Of a stretch of 64,000 nucleotides of DNA, positions 12,351-25,480 are shown one piece after another. The stretch comes from Oopsacas minuta. Taxonomy: Eukaryota > Animalia > Porifera. The translations under genes and the position numbers were made by a program. The stretch is from positions 354,018 to 418,017 of the forward strand of contig JAKMXF010000332.1 of assembly GCA_024704765.1 (NCBI GenBank), written 5' to 3'. How positions within the stretch are numbered: the first letter of the stretch is position 1; each line of letters starts with the position of its first letter. The notes under the pieces are model-generated. The model was not told the DNA's origin, searched no databases, and saw nothing but the letters and a program-made list of their open reading frames with translations.

Positions 12351-14360
12351 ATGAATAACAAGGAAGCTTTTGACTTTCTATCCTCACGTAAATCTGTCAG
12401 AGATGCAACAATCGTATTTATGGATAGTCAGCAACTTGATGATAAATATTATAGTTGTATCCGATACAAATTCGTTGAGTTGAAGGGTGATAGAGAGATA
12501 TTTCGTAAAAGAAACGACCTAAATACATGGGATGATATGATATTCTTTGACAATTCAACATTGGCAGAGAAGAGGCGGTTATCGTCTGAAGGTGATATTT
12601 GTACTCCTAATCATGTTCATGCAAAGGCTATCAGGAAACCACTCCTAGAATTAACGATTAAAGGACAAAGGGTACGTCTGGAACCTCTTTTAGCCCTGAT
12701 TAAAAGCTTAGCAGCTAGTGAGAACGTGGATAGCAAAACGATGGCAGCCATGGCTCTGCAATTTGTCTCATCTTCTTCAGGAGATTACTCCACCAGTTCC
12801 TTCTGTCTGGAAATAGTCAGCAAAGGCACATTTCAAGGCAATATAAAGACACACATCTTAATTGCTAAGTCTACGTTCCTCCTAGGGCAACTGGAAATAG
12901 GTAAGCGAAAGTACATTGAATTGAGGAGACTTTGTAAGTCAGACAATGTACTATTCCCTAAGTATGAGCCAATTTCCCAGTATCGAGCAGATATTACTCT
13001 GGAGAAGGAATTCATTTTTATCCGCAATGTGTCTGATGCACCTATGGGAGTAGGGATATCTTACATCTCTATCATCAAACAGACAATTTCCCGCCTACTC
13101 GAATCACTTCCCACAGATTCTGAATTTGAATTCCCGTTGACATTTTCTGCAACAGATGGCTTGGATGGATCTGGATCCCATCAAGTTTATAATCAGATTC
13201 AAGAGTCACCAGATATTGGTTCCAAAAATTTCATTCTCTTTGCTTTCAAACCTCTCGCTATCCACGACAGCGCAAACAAACTTATTTGGGAAAACGAAAG
13301 GCCCAACTCACAATTTCAGATTCGCCCAGTCACTTTACTAGCTGCCAAAGAAAATAGCGAAAATGTACGTCATCTAATGGATACTTATATTAATCCTTAC
13401 GTAGCAGACATGGAAGAAAATGGGATACTACTCTCGCAAGGACTTGTGAGGATAAAATTGCTCAGGACCATGTTCGATGGAAAAATGGCAGGAATTCTAT
13501 CTGGAGCCGGTGGTGCTCACTGCCAACTCTGTACTGCGACTTTCAAACAACTGCATGATGTCGAACTTATACGAGATGGTTTTCCTATTAATCGTTCAAT
13601 AACATCGGCTAAAGAACTGTTTCAAAGCGTGAATGAAGTAGAATTTCTATCTCTAAGTTCCAATGACCGTCTTGGATTGACTCACCAACCTATTTCCGAC
13701 ATCGATATAATTTGCTCTTCTCCATTACATTCATATTTGTGCATCTTCAGATGGTTTATGACCCTCGTTTATCATCTGCAATCAGGTGCAAGGAAGTAGT
13801 CACCATCATCCTTAGGCATAAAAAACTCAATGAAGTTTGTTTCAGGCTTATTGATGGAAAAGACTGGTATGAAGATTGATCAACCCAGCAGTGATGGTGG
13901 CACTACATCAACTGGCAATGTTGCTCGAAATTGTTTCTTGGACAAAAACCAATTTCTTTACTGGGTTTGTTCCTTGATACCAACAGAATACCATGAAAAT
14001 ATAAAGGTCATCCACACTAACCTTTCAGTATGTTTGCGTATTTACAACAGCGACCGAGAGATAAACACTGAAAGACTGGATATTCTTTGCAAGGACACAT
14101 ACGAATACATTGTAATCAGGTTCCCTTGGGCAAACATCAGTCCAACCTTGCATAAATTACTAGCCCATTCTTCAGAACTCATTAGAACTTGTAACAATAG
14201 CCATGGACTTAAAGTCTTCTCTGAAGAAGCAGTTGAAGTTTCAAACAAACTCGTCCGAAGGTATCGCGAACACCTTGCCAGAAAAATGTCGTTTTCTCTG
14301 AATACTCGAGATATCTTTATACGACTGATGTGTAATAGTGATCCTGTCCTCAATATGTAA
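12351..14360 (+). pseudogene. Transib-family (RAG1-core-like) transposase, 669 codons with one in-frame TAG at 13797-13799
   Basis: Motifs 'DGLDGSGSHQVYNQ', 'IWENERPNS..RPVTL', 'TMFDGK...CQLC', 'PLHSY', 'GNVAR', 'LHKLLAH', 'SEEAVEVSNKLVRRYREHLARK' match the Transib/RAG1 D-D-E and C2H2 Zn site. The two ORF-track ORFs are in the same frame. Confidence 0.88.
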
Positions 14361-14499
14361 TATAGGATAAACATATCAAATCACTGCCTGTGCCGACTAA
14401 ATTTCATTGAATTTACTTTAGTGAGTGTTAGAATCTATAATTTCCACTAAATAAGTAAATTAGCAAGAAAATATTGTTATAGGTCAGATTATCCGTGGA

Positions 14500-15290
14500 A
14501 AATTGCAGACAATTGAATTGGTATGATTACGCGAATTATAGGTAAGGAAAATCGTGAAAAACTGCTGAAAAGCAATTGTATGATTAAACTAGCCTATAGT
14601 TCTGATTAACCGTGTTTCTGTGCAGACAGATGAAATTGTATGATCACTCTAGTTCAAAGTCAGAATTACCAAAAGAAAGTTCAGACAGTTGAAATTAATA
14701 TATTTAACTTGTTACAGTTCAAAATAACTGTTGAAAAGCGCAAGCAATTAAAATTAATAAAATAATACATATTAATGACTGATTTTCAGTGAATATGTGC
14801 AGACAGTTGAAATTGTATGATTAGACTAGTTTAGGCTCAGAATCATCATGAAAATGTGTAGATAGGTGAAATTGATTGATTATACTTGTTACAGATCAAA
14901 ATCACCGTTAAAAAGTGCAGACAGTTGAAACTTATTGATTAAACTAGATTCATGTCAGGATCACTATGAAAAGTGCAAAAATCAATCCATCTTAACTATT
15001 TGGCATTTCTCATTGCTACCCTGAAATGTAACTCTGATAATCAATAAATTTCCAGTGTTTACAATTTTGCACTGATATACTGACATGTAACTATTTTCAG
15101 CATACAAATTCAACTACTCGCACATATTCATTGTATTCTGACATGTAACAATTCGAATCTATAAATTGCAACTGTTTGCACTTTTTCACGGTATACTGAG
15201 ATGTAGCTAATATAATCATACAATTTCAAATCTGAGCACATATTCTTGGTATTCTGATATGCAATAAGGCTGATCAATAGATTTCAACCC
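14500..15290. repeat. Inverted pair of ~59-bp tandem arrays (foldback-like): ~8 forward units 14500-14980, ~4-5 reverse units 15000-15290
   Basis: Approximate consensus gtgcagacagttgaaattgtatgattagactag...tcagaatcacc.tgaaaa. The reverse complement of 15150-15240 aligns to 14790-14880. Confidence 0.8.
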
Positions 15291-15757
15291 CCTCTTGTCT
15301 TGAATCATTGTGACTATTATTTGTTTTCAAGCGTAAAATCACCTCCCCTGCAAGATGTTCTCTTGTCGGATGGAGTTTTGGGTTACTCTTTTTTCGTTGC
15401 CTTTTGTAGACGCTTCACCCTATTAATACTGTTCATTATATGACAACTACCGCGTTTCGTTTACTATGCCGCTACTCGCCGAAACTGATCAATAACTATA
15501 TAATAAGCTTTATCTTTAGTGCTTTTCGACCCTGAAAGATATGATATACTCACACTACGCATATATCTCAACCATGACTTCCAAATGCTTGTCATCAACT
15601 TTATGTATTTTAGTCCAAATATAGTGCATTGATAATAGTTACTAGAAAAATTTACTAGTTATAGTACTAAATAGCAAGTTTCTATTTAAACACAAAAACA
15701 CAAAATGGTCAAATTATGATAATATCATAACAGAATTTCTAGTCGCAAATGCTATTA

Positions 15758-17083
15758 CTAGGGCGTCCAATAAGTCTTGCGGATGATATCATAGAACAGT
15801 GTACAAACACTATAGACACTAATTCATTACATTATATATTCAAAGTAATCTCCTAAAGATACACAAAGTTTTAACCTTTCCATCCACTAGTAAACAAATT
15901 TCTGTCTTCTTCGGGGATGGATTTGAAGTACTGGTACAGGCCAGTTCCAAGTGCTTGTAATGTGTTAAAATCTTTGCCTTGAAGGTAGATTTTAAGCTTG
16001 GGGAATAGCCAAAAATCACACGGAACTAGGTCTGGTGAGTATGGTGGATGAGGAAGTAATTCTAACCCTTCTACATCCAAGAAATTTTTGGTAAGCTTAG
16101 CTGTATGGGAACTGGCGTTATCAATTAAAATCTTCATTCCTCGAGTTCCAGTTTTCGGGCGGTACTTTTCTATATATTCTATCAAATTTGGAAGTGCTTG
16201 CTCTGTAAAGAAAGTAGCAGTAACAGCCTTGCCACCTCACAAGGTAATTGCAAGACAATTCCATGACTACTGAAGAAGATGGCATACATAATCTTAGGTT
16301 TCTGAAGTCGGGCCTATGAATTTCCGCCGCTTGTTCGTCGCCCCTCACCCATGATCGTTTCTTATACTTGCTATATGGTGTTGAAAAGTATACACATGTT
16401 TCGTCACCAGTAATACTCTCTGTTAAGCGTCTAGAATCGCAGTTCTAATAAGTTTCTAAGAGTTTCTTGGCGATATTCAGTCGTGCCAACCTTTGAGTCT
16501 CACTGAGATTATGCGAGACGCATTTCCCACAAATCGCTCGTTTGCCAAGCTCAGTCGTCAGAATTGTATGAATGGCTCCCGATGAAATCTCCATACTTTG
16601 TTCTGACTGGATGACAGTAATGCACTTGTCTTCCATGACCATACTTTCAATGAGTGCGATATTCTCTGAAGTGGTGGCGGATACCGGTCTTCCAGATCGA
16701 GGCAAATCTGTGACATCAGCATCACCAGATCTAAAACGGGCAACCCATCGCTCTACAGTAGATCTGGAAGGACAATCCACTCACAATATCTCCTGTAACT
16801 CGCTGAAGATCTGTACGAGCTGGATCTTGAGTATTGTGCGAAACTCTATGTAAGCTCGCCATTTGAGGTTGAAGTTATCATCCTTTGAAGCCATAAATTG
16901 AACAGTAGGTATGAATTGACTTCACTTAATTATCTAAAAATTAATAATTTGTATTGAAAAAGCTTGAAACTTTCAGTGTATGGAGTTTTAACTATATGGC
17001 CTTGTAATATATGAAATTTAGATATATGACTTGACTAATTCCTGCGATTTAACATGACCTGCAAGAATTATTGAACGCTCTGA
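15758..17083 (-). mobile_element. Degenerate full-length mariner (1326 bp); transposase ~16894-15830 with frameshifts
   Basis: Imperfect TIRs (ctagggcgtccaataagtcttgcgg / tcagagcgttcaataattcttgcagg) flanked by TA. Motifs 'STVERWVARFRSG', 'RSGRP', 'DNASSHTA', 'HPPYSPDL'. Confidence 0.9.
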
Positions 17084-18089
17084 TATACCCACCATAATAG
17101 CGCAATTGTGTTCATTAAGTTATGAATCAATAACATAAATTTCCCCAGAATAATTGAAATTGAAATTGTATTCATATACGTGAGACTCACTTTGGATCCA
17201 TGAGACTTACTACCTATACGTTATGTATAGTATGCTATCGAGCAACTTAGTTAGTATCTATACACTGCTTGTCCAAAGGTATTGGAACACACTGCTACAA
17301 TTGACACATGGCACCAACACGCATGTCACTTTAGTTTCAGGGGGTGAAGATGAATTCACAAGTTGAATATAAATATGATATAAAAAATGATAATAAGCTA
17401 TGGTCCTACTTCCTACTATTTCAACAGAATCTTTCAAAGTAATCTTGCAGCGTACCACTTGTGTCACAAGTGGTTCACTGTTCCAATACGTTTGGCCAGG
17501 CGGTGTACTTTCGTGTTCATTCCATACTTTTCAATCAAGTGCTTAAAAGTATTCTTTCTTGTGTTGTTGAGGCGCTATATCAAACTGTCGCATGATAGAA
17601 ATATACTTGTGATGATATTTCATTATCCCTGTAAACAAAATATATTCGTGTCAAAATATCTAAAGTATATTCTTTTGACATTAGAAAATAACTTGAAGCT
17701 TTCAACACACATCCTTAATAAAGGTTATTAAATATTGCTAGAAATCAAAGTATTCAAGTAGTACTAATTTATAGTTAACGATATTTGCTGATTACTATAT
17801 TCTACTCACAAATTTTAAATTTAAAGAAAATCTTTAGTATTGGAGTATCTAATATAATGGGAACAATAAGCAGCGAAACAAGTCTATAGTCTGTTAATTT
17901 CGAATAACGGCAGTCGCATGACTCACATCCCTATAGTTTATCTAAAATGGTTTTTATTAAACTTGGAATATGCTCCTCATAGAGCAGAATAACATAATGT
18001 TATATTAGTCTGAGGAATATTGCACAATTAATAATTCACTAACAATTAATTCGAAACTTACTTGGCGTTGCTATAATGATAGAAATTAA

Positions 18090-18450
18090 CTACATAACCT
18101 TATAGGTTGATGTCCAGGGTCTATGTCCCGATTTAACCGGAAGACTTAGACGCCCCAGAGCCCAGCTGCAGTAGTGTCTTGCTACATATGACTGGGTTCC
18201 GTGCCCACCCAAATATTCTCCTAGCTCCCACATAATCCAAGAAACCAGAAAAATGTAAACTTTCTGGGCAATTTGCAGACCAAACGTTATTTTTTGCGAT
18301 GTGTTTCGCTCCTGCATCTGGAATTTGGTCCAGCAGATTGAATTTGTGCCTCCCAAATTTCAAAGCTATACGATGCAACTGCCCAGGTGGATCCTTATAC
18401 TCACATGGAAATATATAGTTCGGCCACTGGGCATGCCTCCTGCTAAACCC
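18090..18450 (-). repeat. Dispersed repeat, diverged copy of 3835-4260
   Basis: See 3835-4260; collinear similarity on the opposite strand. Confidence 0.7.
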
Positions 18451-19969
18451 CTGAAATAGCCTTTCCCTTATTCACAACTGACATATTTGATCCTGAAAAT
18501 TACAGAATTGTGTTAAACTTCAATTGACAAGCATTTGTTATGACATTTCACGTTGATTATAATCACTATGTTGATTTTGCATCCATTAGTACAAATTTCA
18601 AAATTCCGCCTGGATACTTTTCCTCTCTAATTAATGCCTTTTCATGGCTAGAGGGAGGTAGTTATACTCCTGAATGTGGTCCATATAATATAAGCGATTA
18701 GAATGATAAATACTATTTAGGAGGCATTGGTAGATAGCTAAAATAACATTCATCTTAACGATCTCAAGGATAGAAATTTCAATAGTTGATAACCTTGTAG
18801 ATATTTATAGATTTCGCTATGAATTGAGAAAATAGATTAACACCAATGAGAAAAAGAAATAAAAGTTTTGACAACTATCATGATACAATATTCTGTGAGG
18901 TAAATTACCAAATGTGTAACAAACAACAAATTCTTTCAAGAAGACCTGCCCGTTCAGTTAGGTGAATTAGCGAAGCACCGCGAAAACCCTGCCCCGCCTA
19001 CTGGTAATGTATTTGCCCCCCCCCAGGTGAAAACTCCTGCCGACGTCCCTGGTACGTTTATGTCAATCAAAACTTAAGCATTTCTACTGCGAGTAACCGT
19101 CACTGCAAAGCAACCAGGTAAACAAGTCACAGCTATATACAAAAGCAGATAGATCGTATTTAACTATTCAAAAGAGGGTTAGTAAAATTTCTAGTTCGTA
19201 GCTCTAACCTTAATATAACGAAAGAGGGTTTAAAATAGCAATCATTTACCTGAAATTGGGTGACTAACATCGTTGTGTTCAGTACTGATGATAATAATCA
19301 ACATACACACAATGGAGATGACAATCCCTAGAAAGAGAGAGGAGAGGACTGAGGCTATCAAAGTATAATCTATAAGAGAGAGAGAGATTAATGAATAAAT
19401 TGATAGGTTGTCAGAAGAGAGGGTCACCTCCATTCCAATAGGGGATTCTTTAATGTCACTGATAATGCTAAATCGACCGGAATGAAATGGCAAAAAAGAG
19501 TAGTGATTAACCGAATATTGCCGGAAAATCTGTGACTTTGTTACGCCAAAAAGGTGTTAAAATCTCGTTTTTGGTGGAAAAATTTAATTTCGTTTTCGTT
19601 ACGAACGTAATCTTTCAGCTTTATTTGGTTGAGGTCCGAATTTACAAACCACCCGACCACTTCGACTGTCCTGAATTACTTAGAAAGGTATTGGTATAAC
19701 ATTTAGTGTTAAATATGCAAACTATAATAACTTGGTAACGGAATTGAGGGAAGGAATGTGTAATTAGTAAAATATTGAATAATATATAGTTAGTGTAGAG
19801 TTACCTTATTAGAAGATATACTTTAACAGTTTAAGCTCAATAATATTTCGCAATAATTAGATTTCTAATTTTTATCTTCAAGAATAAATGAATTATCAAT
19901 ACCACATTGAACACTCTTGGATTCAAAGTTTGAACTATCAGATTTCACCTTTCGGGATTTTCTGTAGAA

Positions 19970-20890
19970 AACTAATATAGGACCCGCAGTAATATCGAGA
20001 GCGTCCAAACAATTTTGGACGAGGTCAGATGAACAACCTTGCGAGTGTTAGGAGAGAGGGTAGGTATGTCAAAAGCCACACTACACTCGATTATCACTGA
20101 AGATCTGGAAATGTCGAAGGTAACTGCGCGTTGGGTCTCATAACTTCTTTCAAAAGAACAAAAACGCGAAATGGTCAGAGTTAGCAAAGAATTACTTTCA
20201 AGATACAACGCAGGGGAGGACTTTTTGTATCGTATAGTAACGGGAGATGAAACTTGGTTTCATTATTATGAACCAGAGAGTAAAACTCAATCGAAGCAGT
20301 GGAAGAGACGTGATGAACCTGTACCCGTCAAGGTAAAGGCCGCAAAATCAGCAGGAAAGAGAATGGAAACAGTATTTTGGGATAGGGAAGGAATTATACA
20401 CCCGGACTGGCTGCCTGAGAAGACAACTATAAACAGTGATTATTAAGTCAACAGATTGAAAGAATTGCATCAAGCGATAAACGTGAGAGGCAAGGCAAGT
20501 TTACACGTGGCGTATTGCTGCAACATGACAACGCAAGGCCCCATGTAAGCTCCAAGACAATGGCTGCAATTGACGGCTTAGGATTCGAATGGCCCCCTCA
20601 TCCCTCTTATAGTCCAGACCTGGCTCCCAGCGACTACTGGCTGTTTGGAGAGTTGAAGACCTCTTCGAGGGAAGAGCTTTGAGGATTTCAAACGGCTCGA
20701 GTATGAAATAAAACAGTGAGAAAAAGGGATTCCTAAGAATTCTATACCACTGGGCTGGATAAGTTACCAGGAAAAGATTTATATAGTTAAAGGGGGAATT
20801 TATCGAAACATTTGATGCTCAATTATGATAAGTCTAGGTTTACTATATGAATTATGGAAAATCATCTCATTATTTATTGAACCACCCTTG
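19970..20890 (+). mobile_element. 5'-truncated degenerate mariner
   Basis: 'IVTGDETWFHYYEPESKTQSKQW', 'HDNARPH', 'PYSPDLAPSDYWLF'. Right TIR ttattgaaccacccttg followed by TA at 20891-20892. Confidence 0.85.
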
Positions 20891-21429
20891 TACCATCATA
20901 TTAAGGAATCAATAGTTCATGTTATTTCGTAATTGAACGATAGACTCTAGATTGGGAATAATATATACTGAATGTGTTTTCAACTATAAATACAAACAGC
21001 CACGTACTCGATTAATTCAATAAATTCTAATAATTGCTAATACGTGATCTGACCCCAAATTATTCCTAACAGTATTCAATGTCATATTAATCCCAGCGTC
21101 TCGCTAAGAATCTCCAGCTTGCCCAGTCGCTATTAAAACATTTTTTTCAGCACCACATAGCTCACTTCTCCGGACAGTGATCCCGATTCTCAGTCCGTTG
21201 AAGGCCTAATCGGTTAGAAGTATTTAGTATTACAATCATGAGCCACATATTTTTTGCAGTATATTGAGTAAACTAGGAAATTGGAAATTAATCTTTCAAG
21301 TAAGCATATTTTTCAAAGAAACTGGGAGGTCAGCCCACAATTTCAGGCTCATTTCAAACCGGGGAAGGCGAGCCTCGGCGGAACCTGACGCCTCTGGCCT
21401 CGTCACTACGTGGCTCCAATCAGAGAACA

Positions 21430-21730
21430 ATTAAAAGATGTATTATCCATGATCCATATAAATTACATTCAATGCCCTTCTGTTGTGGCACTAAATGTAC
21501 TTTGTCGCTTTTGGTTAGTAATCTCGAAACTTCGCGCTTGGGTATTAAGAAATCCTGAAAATGTTCGACATTTGTAAATTTTGATTTTTTGTAGTGATGA
21601 TGACGTAATAATCCCATGATGAGTTAGCTTGTCAGAATCATGACGTCAGACATTTGTCACTTTGAGGGGTACTTGTGATTCAAATTTCAAAACTTCTATC
21701 ATATATATTGGCTGAGCAGTTGTTAATTAA
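21430..21730 (+). repeat. Dispersed repeat, copy of ~45400-45720
   Basis: Shared gagttagctt..tcagaatcatga, tgattcaaatttcaaa(a)cttctatc, tattggctgagcagttgttaat. Confidence 0.7.
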
Positions 21731-22310
21731 TACAAAACTTAGGAATGCAAACTTGACACCCACGAGAGATTGGTTTAGGAGAAACTCTGCACCTATTAAT
21801 TCATTCCATCATAATTCTATCTGGTTGCATCTATATTTTCATTATTATTAATGGGATTCTAATCTGATGATTTCATTCTGAAATACTGACATACCGTATA
21901 ATATCCTATCTTTGAGTTTTCCCCCTAGACAGCACTTGAGGTAACAGGAATATTTGAATTGGTTGGGTTATTCCATATGTGACAATAATTAAAGATTGCA
22001 ATAAACGAAATCATAAGCGAGAACAATACTTCTAAGTTATTATAGTAAATATTTCTGACAAAAACACCGCATTCATTAATCTAATAATTTCAAGTATGTT
22101 AATATGAATGATTGAAACCTTTTGTATCCTGAATCTCGTTTTCTCATGGAATTATAACTTATTACCGAATATTAATTGATATGTATAAAACCATTTATCC
22201 ACATCTGCCTAAATATATTTTCTTCTGTCAATTTTACGGCCAGGAGTCTACTGGAATGATCATTTTTTCCAAATATTACAGTTACTCTTCCTTCTTTATT
22301 ATACATAAAT

Positions 22311-23135
22311 ATGAAGAAATGGACCCCTTCTCTTTATCATCGAAATTTGGGCGATAATTTCTTCCCAAAAGATGCTTTCCTGGTTTCTTTGGTAACCAAT
22401 CCTACTGCTCATGGATACAACTTTCATGATATTCTAACTTATACCTTTGCTTTCTCGTTCCATTTGATTTTATGTTGTGTCTTGTTACTTTCCTCTATTC
22501 TTTTCACATTTACGAGCTCAATTGTTTATTCCATGAATATTTTATTGATATACGGATATCTTTTACTAGTATTTATTGTCTGGTACACATATTCAACATT
22601 TCATCATGAAAATATATTAGTGTCTCTTAATTACATCTTCATTATTTTCTTTATTTTTTCTTTTTCTAACCTTATACATTCTCTCTTATCCACCATTTTC
22701 TATGATACACTCTTGACGATGGTTTTCTTGTTTTTTATATTTAATTGTATCTTTCACAACTTCTCCAATATCGAAACATTTCAAATTGCTTCCCAAAGAG
22801 TATCATTCAATTTTGGGTTATCAGCTTCTGTTTCCCTTGCCTCCAGATTTGATAACTCTATCCTTTCAATCTTTATTCTTCTTCTAGGTTTTGGAATATT
22901 TTATCTTCAGACATTGTCGTTGGACAGAAATCAATACTATATTTATTTCAGACTAATTGTCTTTATTTTGTTTTTTTGTCAACTTCTAATTTGTCCCATC
23001 AATCTTGGTATGAAAGTTTTATTATTTATGTTCCCTGTTTTGTGGATAAATTTTATTTCACCTTTCTGGTTATTGAGGCTCCAAAGATTTAAAATGAATA
23101 TCTATGGGCCTTGGGATGAATCTTGTATAATTTGA
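22311..23135 (+). CDS. PIGC: Phosphatidylinositol N-acetylglucosaminyltransferase subunit C (PIG-C/GPI2), 274 aa
   Basis: Multi-pass hydrophobic protein with N-terminal 'W..LY.R..GDNF', 'SL..TI..DT', 'S.N....ASV.LASR' and C-terminal 'PFWLLRLQRFKMNIYGPWDE', all characteristic of PIG-C. Confidence 0.9.
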   Translation: MKKWTPSLYHRNLGDNFFPKDAFLVSLVTNPTAHGYNFHDILTYTFAFSFHLILCCVLLLSSILFTFTSSIVYSMNILLIYGYLLLVFIVWYTYSTFHHENILVSLNYIFIIFFIFSFSNLIHSLLSTIFYDTLLTMVFLFFIFNCIFHNFSNIETFQIASQRVSFNFGLSASVSLASRFDNSILSIFILLLGFGIFYLQTLSLDRNQYYIYFRLIVFILFFCQLLICPINLGMKVLLFMFPVLWINFISPFWLLRLQRFKMNIYGPWDESCII

Positions 23136-24479
23136 ATTCATATCATATCTCGATAACATATTGATCAGTAATATTTACTTTCGTACCGAAATTGCGAAAA
23201 TTCCTATATCTTATTACTATAAAATTATATTTACTCTTATTGTTACTGTTACTGTGCCGACTACATAGTAAAATGCTCAGTAATTGCTTGATATATATCA
23301 GGCCTGACTTAACCTATAAATTTTGAACTAAGGATGCGTAACCCGAAGGAAGAAATTCCGTGCGATTCTTTATTGCAGGAACTGTCCATTTTTAGGTTGA
23401 ATAAATGTATTTCATACTTGTTGAACAAGTTATCAACCCCTATATGCTAAAGAATTTCAGGAATTTGTTGAAATTGACTCGTTCTTGAGTTACAATAATG
23501 ACCAGAATGGCACTCCTTTATGAATGTCCAATTATACCTCGATAAGTTGTTGTCAAATAGCAAATTTGTAGTAAATACCCGACCTATCATACCGATTTAA
23601 TACATTTTGATAGCACCGTATGGAGACCCCACTTTTGGCCAGACAACATTTTCAGGCCCGTGCGATGTAACTGAATGAGGAGCGAGGCCTGGATAGAGAG
23701 AGGCTTAGTCCACCAAATATGGAGATTTACCCCAGATATATGTAAATTATCCACAGAAATCGCGAAAATAGTCCCTCAGTTATAATAGACGACTATATAG
23801 AGATATGCTCAGATGACTGAATTTCAATTCTTCCCCAGTCCTAAATACCCTTACCTACCTCAGGGGACCAAAATTAGTACGTACTTCTAATTCGAATCTT
23901 GTTCCTCTACAATTAATGAAATAATTGCTGATCAGTTTTAAAGAAAAGTACGTACTAACCTAATTCTGCTCAACCTTAAATACTAGAATATATTGTTCAA
24001 TGCGATTTATTTTAAGAACCAAAAGTGATTGTGTAAAATAAATACAAATTCATTAAATATTTCCATATTTTTGTGCTTCTGGACCGAGAGTGCAATGTCG
24101 GCCCTCGAATATGGCCACCCAAGTAGAAGTTATGAATTTTACTTAATAAGGGGTAATAGAGTAAGGTAAATCCATTGGTATGATTTATGAGATTCTCAGA
24201 ACTGTGGCTTAGCGTCATTTAAAGATGACGTCAGTAACAATTAATACGCCTACATACAGTATACAACTAATATACACAAACAATCAGTGTAATAGTCTGC
24301 GTTTCTTGGCCTTAAATGCCTCAACATGAGACTTTCTACAAGTCAAAAACTTCATTGGAAAGTCCTTTAAGATAGAGATTTGTGATAATCGAATGAACTC
24401 TCTTATAACTATCAGTAACATGTAGATCGCAAACCAAACCAGAATCCCATTCAGCCTAAGTAGGTCGAGTATTACATGT

Positions 24480-25480
24480 TTAGTTGTTAATAGCTGAGAT
24501 TCAAACGATTCGAGTATACAAAAATGCAGTTTCTACATACTGAAAAAGAACTTCTGTTGGTAACTGGAGCCCTCCTCTATTAAGAACTTCAGATAAGAAT
24601 TATTCACCATATTTTTCTGAAGTAGTTCAAAACCAACATATAGTTGGAACGTTGCATAAGCGAAAGAGAATTATACCCGATATATTTACCATTGTTCGTT
24701 ATTTCCTGGATGGAGTGCTTGGTAATTCAATGATGGTGCTTTTCGAAGACGGAAATTGAGAGAGTGGTCTGCGTCATGAACTTTGTGAAGTCTACGCCAA
24801 AATTCATCCCCTACAGGAACTATAAGAATTAATTCTTGAAGTTCTTATTGCAGCTGTAGAATTTGAAAGAACCGAGCACCAATAAATTGTTCCAAATATT
24901 TATGATTAATGATTCTAATAAAAGTCACGTAATGAAAATCTATTAGAAGCGCTTAAGAAAGTTTTAATAATGCGCATGGCCTCCTCTATATAAGGCCTGC
25001 CATCAACCTCGAATTTTTGGACTAGGAATATAGTATTATACAGTAAATATTATATTAGTATACAGAATGGTTTCATATCGCACAAACAGTATTATGCTCA
25101 AGTGAGTGTATTACAGATATGTAAAATATCATGTCTCCAAACCAACAGAGCAAAAAAATTATCAAAGTGTGCCAATTTATTTGCTTACTAGACATTATTT
25201 GCAGAATATGGCCCAATCTTTTTAACAAGGTTTATTGCATATTCATCAATAAATCCATATATGGTAATATCCTAGATTGTGTAATTATAGTAGGAGATAT
25301 CATATCAACATGTACTAAAGGGATGGGAAATCGGGTGTATACTATATATCGGCAATAGTGAGTTATATCATTGAGGGTTTTCGACTTATAAATGCATATT
25401 GACAAATTATCACGATCCATGGTCACTACTGTAACTCAAAAACCTGCCAACTTTGTCATGACAAATTTTTAATATGTTTA
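24480..25480 (-). pseudogene. Highly decayed P-element/THAP9-type transposase remnant
   Basis: Fragments 'YLEQFIGAR', 'YISG', 'NRGGLQLPTEVLF' in shifting frames. Confidence 0.4.

Noticed and set aside
12158-14392. CACAGG...CCTGTG as Transib termini
   Set aside because: Only 6 bp of inverted identity, and the flanking 5-mers (gcgtc vs ccgac) do not match as a TSD.
14500-15290. CRISPR-like array
   Set aside because: The whole ~59-bp unit is repeated with diffuse divergence; there is no constant repeat with unique spacers, no cas genes, and the context is eukaryotic.
14361-15750. RAG2-like partner gene (ProtoRAG arrangement)
   Set aside because: No ORF or kelch/PHD-like motifs on either strand; the space is filled by the repeat array and AT-rich DNA.
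17258-17467. MAD2-like N-terminus ('ITLKDSVEIV', 'PPET')
   Set aside because: Only a ~10-residue resemblance with a GTG start; the downstream HORMA sequence is not recoverable in any frame.
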